A stretch of 64,000 bases of DNA from a virus. A program made the translations under genes and the position numbers. This document shows positions 28,601 through 35,240 of the stretch, in pieces. Positions within the stretch are counted from its first letter, which is position 1. The number at the start of each line of letters is the position of its first letter. Under the pieces are notes generated by a model that was given only the letters and a program-made list of their open reading frames with translations, ran no database searches and was not told the origin of the DNA. The DNA is taken from IMG/VR virus record IMGVR_UViG_3300031857_000054, positions 43,018 to 107,017 of that record. One strand, written 5' to 3'.

Positions 28601-31269
28601 AAGTACAGACTATATCTAATCTACTGTCTATGATACTCAACATCAAAGACTATCGTATCATGACTGAGAACTACTTCCAAGACAAGGAAATGTTTGCTCA
28701 GTTGATAGAAAGATTTACTCCTAAAGTAAACCTTGCTTGGCAGTATAATGGTGTCGCTAAGTATAACGGATACTTAACTATTCCAAACTCAGGACATAAA
28801 CGTAGGTCTGTTAAATTTGGTAATTACGCTCCTAGTGAAATCCTAAACTTTGGGCAAGGAGAAAAACCATTCCACAACAGATACAGAGAGTCAAGTGTAT
28901 ATCTTTCACTGAATAGTTCTTTCGATCATCACCACCCTACTCTTTTAGACAACTCTAGATACCTAGCATCTGAACACAACAAGTCTAATCCAACTGATAT
29001 AGATGATAGTAGAACTACTAGAGCATACTACGGTTCAGTAAAAGTTTATCGTCCAAACCAATATGGACCACTAACTAATTTGCGTTACCTATCTACAGGG
29101 TACTCTGTTGATATTGAAATAAATCCGAATAATGGTTTAGGTCAAGTAGTACAAACTTACTACCCTGCATTTGGTGGTGACACGTTTATTAACGCATTTG
29201 CCCTCAAACGTAAGCATGCTTTCTTCCGTCAGAATCTTGCAGGTAAGCCAGACGACATTCCATTTAACTATTACCTATTCCCCAACTTAGGATATCCAAG
29301 TCATTTCTATGGATTCAATGCTGCAGCTCAAGACGTAGAAGCAGTTTTACAAAGTAGGATTGATCTTATGGTTGCTGCTATAGCAATTGTTGCAGCTGCA
29401 GCTCTTCTTAATTCTGCATTTGGTGATGGTATTGCATTTGGAGAAACAACTACTGCTTTAGCTACAACTGCAGGAAAAATTCTTGTGCTTGATATAGTCA
29501 ATGATTTGTTAGCGTCTACTAAACCTTACATATTCCTAGATAAGGATGAGACGTTTGACAATACTTGGTTAGGAGTAGGTGTAGGGGGAACATATTTCTA
29601 CTACAAGGGAATGGTGTATCTGTTTTCTTATGGACTTCCTATCTTTTTTGTTGAGTCTGATGTAAACGTAGATTTCCGTCATGGCAGAAATGACCGTGAG
29701 GAAAACTTCTACGGAGCAAAAGAACTAGGAGAGATTCCTGACCAGTGGTTACAAGAAGTAAACGTACCAATTAAGTACGATAACTTTTACCACTACAATC
29801 CTACTTATTCTGCTCAGAACGTAATCAATCCAAACTTTGTATATAATGAAGATTGGCCAGAGTTGTATTGCGAAACTGATTTGTATAACCGAGTAGTATA
29901 CTCAGATCCAGCAGGTAAATACGGCAAAGGAGATCCTTGGTTAAACTACAGAAGAGGTAACTACTATGACTTTCCTAAAACTCATGGTAAGTTAATTGCT
30001 TTGAATGGTGTGGAGAATAGCAAAGTGTATGCTCGTTTTGAGAATAACACTAAAGTATACAACGCTATCATTACACTCGACAGCACTAATCCTATTGCAA
30101 TGGAGATTGGTGATGCCAGTATGTTTAAAAGCAAGCCTTTGGAAATGTCTACTGCAGACATTGGATACTTGGGAAGCCAACACAAAGCGTTTATTAAAAC
30201 AACTCATGGTGGGTTCTGGGTAGACGCACGTAGAGGTCACGTATACCAAGTAACTAGTGGAGGTGTAGATGAAATTTCTTTAAGAGGTTCTATGCAATGG
30301 TTTAAAGAAAATCTACCATTTAAGATTCTTAAGGACTTCCCTGACTTCCCTGTAGACAATAACTTCAAAGGTATTGGTATTGCATTGGGATGGGATGAAC
30401 GTTTCCACCGTGTGTTCTTAACTAAACTGGACTTCAGAGTTAAAGAACAATACAGAGGTTTTGTTACTTACGAGAACAAGAAGTTCTATTACAATGATAC
30501 TGAGATTGCATTTGCAGATTTGACTTACTTTGAGAATCATTCATTTACAATCTCTTATAGCGTTCTTCTTAAAGCATGGATTTCATTCCACTCTTTCTTG
30601 CCAAACGCTTACATATCTTTTATAGACCATTTCCAAACAACAACACAGACTGGAACATGGAACCACAACTTGTCTCCACTCACTTACCAAACTTATTACA
30701 ATCGTTTCTATCCTTACATTATTGAATATACTGTAAATAATCTACCTAACACACACGTAGTTAATTCAATTACTTACAATCAAGATATTCATAAGTACTA
30801 CAATAGAAACGACTATTACTCTTTGGGTTCTTACAACGATAAGAATACTCCAAACTTTACTAAGGCTATTGTTTATAACAAAGAGCAAACATCAGGATTG
30901 GTTAATCTAATACCTCAACTTCCTAATGACGCTCGCCAACGTTTGTTGTATCCTAGAGTAACTAGATTTGGTATGGAAGTATTAGTAGGCAAGAGAGACA
31001 ATAAGAATACCTTTAACGGATTCTGGGACGCTACTAATAACAAAGAAAACTTCCAAACACTATTCAGTACTAAGTGGGACGATCTAAGCGCTGACTATCC
31101 AATCGATAAAGTAGTAAATCCAAAAGCAATTATCACAACTACTAGACTAGGAGGAAAGCAAAAGATTCGTGCACCATTCTGTAAGGTTCGTCTTATTCAA
31201 GATAAATTTAACAGATACAAATTCATCAACAACCTACAACTAACACAAACCACTAACTCAGCAATATGA
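25672..31269 (+). CDS. Muzzle / tail stabilisation protein (1865 aa)
   Basis: KGLNLD..WALNAN start, GQLKAGNYQFAIAY, YQRDEVYAFGI, FHSPD, FGGDTFI, WISFHSFLP motifs. Synteny. Confidence 0.85.
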   Translation: MEIKGNQNTKGLNLDSLNWQVEGSQLTWALNANIMSHDGNTFTYTNEMSNQVCVDFSSFKNGYKINGLLNIIEQNKVVVFLVGPDGKGEIGVITNNGLDCVELDSIETDCGCVGGKVIKDTVVKATTTVTANSTTCFYGIINETIDDGSGNYVNNYAFHYVDCNGNRVSGNTSSLVFKTTQEWYADLGYTSFDANMSPTYLSKVVSMICYDSVATIDYINELGTSSNVTPMQHPQPLLYDTFPCEATVVEKTCCDYEPVLIDECCQDCCQDCYTVTLQTVNPSIPSGGSTGQVVIEYTDCNGIVRGIEVPENTFEGYGSFNMIKDSWRVIQRGKPGVDVVVAVEQVYSTGNCNPCLNPSPENCCLNFDIDYPIYATYRVDQCETRVYFVQKNNPPRYLSLEFPLNRDSCGESQDCGGKKLVTKKTCKELNIFPDTCHPKVTPTNVSNGGQLKAGNYQFAIAYTDEEGAELTDYFDFSQPIPIFEKKLTNLTDYVTNYSITVQIDHKVNIFDYFNLVVAETIQGATTNYHLIGNYRVQKQYLMDSIVYTGEYKSTFSSISPLIRTPHYKNAGIIENQNDILMIADLEREYQYNFQPFANKLKLQWETVKMPHGDKWDYSNPEIVHMFRTYQRDEVYAFGIKFKLKTGKYTEVFHIPGRAKNAALGDTTSVPTSSTDYFIEEGDCSDVAAPKEKWEVYNTAGNGQVFVSNNPTELEKQFSCAIFNDKRGEFAYWESKELYPCNEEIWDTDAYGNPLAGQPIRFHKFPDSLISHIHDGLFSTGNVFPAFDNQSNIYPIGVRVDADAFNNLLNTLTIANPGDPANPFYAKDLICGFELVFASRVGHKSVVAKGLLYDVGHYTTDDGSKEYYYPNYPFNDINWRGSSSVTDPYLRTSADWYKRQDRRRAFSGDLGEFAHNGFVDNNIINYKHNRFTFHSPDTHFSYPKIGSELKLETLEIGSVLGHFVEVEEHSKIKLYTDKVQTISNLLSMILNIKDYRIMTENYFQDKEMFAQLIERFTPKVNLAWQYNGVAKYNGYLTIPNSGHKRRSVKFGNYAPSEILNFGQGEKPFHNRYRESSVYLSLNSSFDHHHPTLLDNSRYLASEHNKSNPTDIDDSRTTRAYYGSVKVYRPNQYGPLTNLRYLSTGYSVDIEINPNNGLGQVVQTYYPAFGGDTFINAFALKRKHAFFRQNLAGKPDDIPFNYYLFPNLGYPSHFYGFNAAAQDVEAVLQSRIDLMVAAIAIVAAAALLNSAFGDGIAFGETTTALATTAGKILVLDIVNDLLASTKPYIFLDKDETFDNTWLGVGVGGTYFYYKGMVYLFSYGLPIFFVESDVNVDFRHGRNDREENFYGAKELGEIPDQWLQEVNVPIKYDNFYHYNPTYSAQNVINPNFVYNEDWPELYCETDLYNRVVYSDPAGKYGKGDPWLNYRRGNYYDFPKTHGKLIALNGVENSKVYARFENNTKVYNAIITLDSTNPIAMEIGDASMFKSKPLEMSTADIGYLGSQHKAFIKTTHGGFWVDARRGHVYQVTSGGVDEISLRGSMQWFKENLPFKILKDFPDFPVDNNFKGIGIALGWDERFHRVFLTKLDFRVKEQYRGFVTYENKKFYYNDTEIAFADLTYFENHSFTISYSVLLKAWISFHSFLPNAYISFIDHFQTTTQTGTWNHNLSPLTYQTYYNRFYPYIIEYTVNNLPNTHVVNSITYNQDIHKYYNRNDYYSLGSYNDKNTPNFTKAIVYNKEQTSGLVNLIPQLPNDARQRLLYPRVTRFGMEVLVGKRDNKNTFNGFWDATNNKENFQTLFSTKWDDLSADYPIDKVVNPKAIITTTRLGGKQKIRAPFCKVRLIQDKFNRYKFINNLQLTQTTNSAI

Positions 31270-31643
31270 CACCAGAAGTAATTAGCTCTATGAGACCTGA
31301 AGTGTACTTAGGGCAATTTTTCCAATCGAGAGATATCATACACCTTGCACATCTCCAAACAACTTCATACTCAGAGCATGAAGCTTTAAACAAATACTAT
31401 GATGGCCTACTTGGTCTTCTAGATAGCATGATTGAGTCTTACTTTGGCTGTATCGGAAAAAGAGTCAATATTAAGATTCCTGCATCTGATTACATAAATG
31501 CAGAAACACATCTAAAACAGTTTAAAGAATATGTCAAGAAACATCGCGGAGTTCTAGGTATGGACAGGACAGATGTACAGAATATTTTAGATGAAATAAT
31601 CGCTTTGATTAATAAGACATTATATTTGCTTAGCTTAACTTAA
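31266..31643 (+). CDS. Small ferritin/Dps-like four-helix protein (DUF5856-like)
   Basis: HLAHLQTTSYSEHEALNKYYD..LDSMIE and QNILDEI..LYLL patterns. Confidence 0.7.
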   Translation: MTPEVISSMRPEVYLGQFFQSRDIIHLAHLQTTSYSEHEALNKYYDGLLGLLDSMIESYFGCIGKRVNIKIPASDYINAETHLKQFKEYVKKHRGVLGMDRTDVQNILDEIIALINKTLYLLSLT

Positions 31644-31651
31644 TTATTAAT

Positions 31652-31891
31652 ATGGGTAACTCTAGTTTAAAAGATATGTACTATGCCAAGAAAGGCATGG
31701 AGATGAAAAAAGGTGGTAAGTGGATTCAAAAAGCTATTCAAAAGCCAGGATCATTTACAGCACAAGCGAAGCGTGCAGGTATGTCTACTAGTGCATTCAG
31801 AGAAAAAGTATTAGCTAACAAAGGAAAGTTTTCATCAACTACAGTAAAAAGAGCTAACCTAGCGAAAACTTTATCTAAAATGAAAAAGTAA
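31652..31891 (+). CDS. Small basic internal virion protein
   Basis: Lys-rich, KWIQKAI.KPG..KRANLAKTL. Carries the MKKGG motif. Confidence 0.7.
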   Translation: MGNSSLKDMYYAKKGMEMKKGGKWIQKAIQKPGSFTAQAKRAGMSTSAFREKVLANKGKFSSTTVKRANLAKTLSKMKK

Positions 31892-33345
31892 TGAAGTCTT
31901 CTCTATTTGAACACTACAAAAAGAAGTATGCTGCTGGTGGTAAACTACCAGTACGTAAGACTGGTATGTGGTATCAAGACGGGGACGTTGTAGTTCCTTC
32001 AAACGAGATTACTATGAAGGGTCCAGATGGAGAAAAAGATTACTTTGATTCCCCAATTCTAGGTATTGGACTTTTGTCTGGAGACACACAAGTAATGGAG
32101 CCAGGTAAGGACTACTTGTTTCCTAAAGACAATGCAGTACTAGAAAAGAAAATGCAGATGGGTGCAAAGGTTGCTTCTAAGGATATGACTCCTGAGCAAC
32201 AAGCAAGATTCAATGCATACGTGAGAAGTTCAAATCCTAGCAACATAGCAACTCCTGAGTGGTTAGGTCTTTCTTCTGGCGCTACTAATTATGCCCGTAG
32301 ACTTAATAACATGAGTCAAGAAGATATGATGGGTATGCCTGGAGATATATCAAGCAGAGTAAGTGATGCATTCAAAAGTGGAATAGACTATTCTGTTAAC
32401 TATGGATTACCAAAAAACACAGGTCAAATTACTACAGAAGGTAACTATAATCCTTTTGGACAAAATACTTTAGATAGTTTATATGGCGGTTTGTCTTACA
32501 GTCAATCTTTTCCAAAAGGCTCTGTAAGGTTAACTCCTGAGAAACAGGAGGTAAGACTTAGAGGTAAGGCAGGCAATCTTAAATATAAGAGAGAAATGTC
32601 TGACGAAGAAGTTATCTCTAACTTAGCTTTTGACGTTAACGTTCTTCCTGAAGCACTTAACTTATATGGCGAGGGTAGTATCTCAGATCTTGGAGTAACT
32701 AAAGACCCAACAGGTAAGACTCTTAACTATAAGGATATGCAGACGAATCCTCAATACAATGTGAGAGCAGGTATCAGAGGAGATGTAGGGCCTTTAAACT
32801 ATAACTTAAGTGGAAGTTATAATCCAGAAACAGGCTATACTTATAACGGAGATGCTGAGTTAGCTTTACTTAAAGACAGATTAACTCTTAGTGGAAGTGT
32901 TGCAGGAAGCCAAGCAAAAGGTATGGAATCTATGACTGCAGAAGCAAGAGCAAAACTTGCTAAGAATCTAAATGTAAGAGCAGGATATAGACAGTCTGGA
33001 AATGAACCTGGAAACTTTAATGTAGGTCTAACTTATAATAAGTTTTTTGAAGAAGGAGGCGAAGTTGAAGATGAGGAAGACGAACGTGAGAACGACAAGG
33101 AGATGGTAGAAGGTATTGCAGATATCTTAAGAAGAGTTAAAGATAAAAAGAATAGAAAACAAATTGCCAAGAAGATGGTAGAAGACTTTGACGAAGAAGA
33201 AGTTGAATACAATCTTGACAATTTTATGAAGGCTGCTAAACTCATGCAGATGGGTGGCATGTCTATACCAGGAGTAAATGGTGTTATTGTAGCTAACAGT
33301 AGCCCAACAAGTTTAAAGAGTGCCTACAAGAATAAGAAAAAATGA
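31891..33345 (+). CDS. Modular internal cargo protein with beta-strand-rich central domain
   Basis: Modules separated by YAAGG, MQMGA, FEEGG, MQMGG. No Cys. Confidence 0.7.
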   Translation: MKSSLFEHYKKKYAAGGKLPVRKTGMWYQDGDVVVPSNEITMKGPDGEKDYFDSPILGIGLLSGDTQVMEPGKDYLFPKDNAVLEKKMQMGAKVASKDMTPEQQARFNAYVRSSNPSNIATPEWLGLSSGATNYARRLNNMSQEDMMGMPGDISSRVSDAFKSGIDYSVNYGLPKNTGQITTEGNYNPFGQNTLDSLYGGLSYSQSFPKGSVRLTPEKQEVRLRGKAGNLKYKREMSDEEVISNLAFDVNVLPEALNLYGEGSISDLGVTKDPTGKTLNYKDMQTNPQYNVRAGIRGDVGPLNYNLSGSYNPETGYTYNGDAELALLKDRLTLSGSVAGSQAKGMESMTAEARAKLAKNLNVRAGYRQSGNEPGNFNVGLTYNKFFEEGGEVEDEEDERENDKEMVEGIADILRRVKDKKNRKQIAKKMVEDFDEEEVEYNLDNFMKAAKLMQMGGMSIPGVNGVIVANSSPTSLKSAYKNKKK

Positions 33346-34988
33346 AAAAGCAAATGATAAAACGGGCTGACGGTTCCTACTCTCAACGAGGATTGTGGGA
33401 TAACATTAGAGCGAATAGAGGTAGTGGTAAGAAACCTACCGCAGAAATGCTTAAGCAAGAACGTAAGATTAAATCTAAAATGGAAGAAGGTGGTGTTAAC
33501 AACCCAGGCTTCAAAGCATTGCCAGGATATGTTCAAGCTAAAATCAAAGCCAACATGCAAGAAGGTGGAATGACAGGTTCTGCTGTTGTAGATATCATGG
33601 GTAATCAAATGCAAAAACCTATGATGCAGATGGGAGCAGTAATGCCTCAAACATCAGCAGGACAATCAGTACTTCAAGAAGCTATGATGAACAAGATGCA
33701 GTCTGGTGGTAAGATGCCAGCCGACATTGCACGTGCTCGTTTTATGGCTGCTGCTAAAGGTAACGTAAGTCAAGCTAAAGAAACTGCATCTAGATATGGA
33801 TACAAAATGCAGAACGGTGCTATGAACTTAATGGGAGTTCCTAACATGAATGCAGGTACAGCAGGATTTAATTTCTCTAAAGCCTCTGCATATGCTATGG
33901 CACCCAAAGAGGAGGTTCCTACTGATATAGAAAGAATGGAAGCCGTAGACATCAGAAGAAAACGTTCTTTCTTTGATAGAATGAAAGGCAACATAAGAAA
34001 AGCAGGAAGAGCAGTAGGTATAGGTAGTCCAGCTCCTAAGACAGATTCTCAGCAAGTAATGGATGAAGTAATCGGTCAAGTTAGAGCAGACGAACAAGCA
34101 CGTATAAAATCTAACGCACCTACTAGTGCCGAGAAAAGTAGAACTGCATTTAATAAAATTAAGTCAGGTGATGTATCAATGCAAAACATTGGTGACTACA
34201 TGGAAGGTTTTGGTACTTACTTAAATGCAAGTAGCGATAGAAATGTAGTAACCGACTTGTTTGATATTACAGCAAAAGGTGCTGCTGCAGTTGGTGCTGG
34301 TAATGCAGCAAGTAATATTCTACAAACTAAACAAGCTGCACAAGCAGCAATGCAATCTCCTGTTGGAGCAGCCGTAGATTTAGTAAATCCTTTAAGTATT
34401 GGAGCTAACTTGTTATCAGGTACAACAGATGCAATTGGAGAATTGTCTGCAGGTAACTATGAAGAAGCTACTGGCGTTGCTGCTAAAACAGCAGCACTTG
34501 CCGCTTTAAAAGGTAAAGCAGGAAATGTATCTAAAAATGCTCTAGGTAGAACAGCTAATGCTATTGGTAAAACCAGAGTAGGAAGTGCTGCAAGTAACGC
34601 TATTGGTTCTGCTACTAAACATGGAGTAGGACATCAACTTGAGCATGCAGGACAACACATGTTACTTTCTCCTCTTCTAGCACATAAGAATGGAGGTACT
34701 ATTAAAGATATGTACTACATGAAGAAGGGAGGTCAGTTCCCAGACCGTTACAAGAAGATGGGATTTTCTGGAGTGGATCAACCAAAAAGAACTACTAGTG
34801 GTGGTAAAAGTCATGCAGTAGTTACTAAAGTTGGAGGAAACTATAAGTTAATTCGCTTTGGTCAAGCAGGTGTATCAGGCTCTCCTGAAGGTTCTGCAAG
34901 AAACAAAGCATTCAAAGCACGTCACGCAAAGAATATAGCTAAAGGAAAATCTTCAGCTGCATACTGGGCTAATAAAGTAAAGTGGTAA
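33342..34988 (+). CDS. Modular internal cargo protein (basic micro-domains plus Gly/Ala-rich hydrophobic region)
   Basis: Seven [MH]xxG[GA] motifs. C-terminal basic module KLIRFGQ..FKARH..SAAYWA. No Cys. Confidence 0.7.
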   Translation: MKKQMIKRADGSYSQRGLWDNIRANRGSGKKPTAEMLKQERKIKSKMEEGGVNNPGFKALPGYVQAKIKANMQEGGMTGSAVVDIMGNQMQKPMMQMGAVMPQTSAGQSVLQEAMMNKMQSGGKMPADIARARFMAAAKGNVSQAKETASRYGYKMQNGAMNLMGVPNMNAGTAGFNFSKASAYAMAPKEEVPTDIERMEAVDIRRKRSFFDRMKGNIRKAGRAVGIGSPAPKTDSQQVMDEVIGQVRADEQARIKSNAPTSAEKSRTAFNKIKSGDVSMQNIGDYMEGFGTYLNASSDRNVVTDLFDITAKGAAAVGAGNAASNILQTKQAAQAAMQSPVGAAVDLVNPLSIGANLLSGTTDAIGELSAGNYEEATGVAAKTAALAALKGKAGNVSKNALGRTANAIGKTRVGSAASNAIGSATKHGVGHQLEHAGQHMLLSPLLAHKNGGTIKDMYYMKKGGQFPDRYKKMGFSGVDQPKRTTSGGKSHAVVTKVGGNYKLIRFGQAGVSGSPEGSARNKAFKARHAKNIAKGKSSAAYWANKVKW

Positions 34989-34989
34989 T

Positions 34990-35142
34990 ATGGCAACTAA
35001 AAAATCTACCAAAGTAACTTCTAATTCTTCTTTGTATAAAGAGAAAGGAAAAGTTAGTCGTCCTGGAGTTCACGCTAAAACTAAATCTTCTAAGTTAAAG
35101 CAAAGCAAGAACTACCATAAGGCGAGCAGAGGTCAAGGCTAA
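34990..35142 (+). CDS. Small highly basic protein (50 aa), absent from the ORF track
   Basis: MATKKSTKVTSNSSLYKEKGKVSRPGVHAKTKSSKLKQSKNYHKASRGQG*. Starts 1 nt after the upstream stop and ends just before the next promoter. Confidence 0.75.
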   Translation: MATKKSTKVTSNSSLYKEKGKVSRPGVHAKTKSSKLKQSKNYHKASRGQG

Positions 35143-35149
35143 GTAAGGC

Positions 35150-35179
35150 TTGATTTTTCTTGACAATAGAGTATATTTG
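35150..35179 (+). promoter_or_regulatory. Bacteroidota promoter
   Basis: TTG (35150-52), 19 nt, TATATTTG (35172-79). Confidence 0.8.
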
Positions 35180-35240
35180 TATTTAAACTTTTTAAGTTCA
35201 AGTATACTTAACTTCTAAAGTTAATTAATATTTTAAGTTA

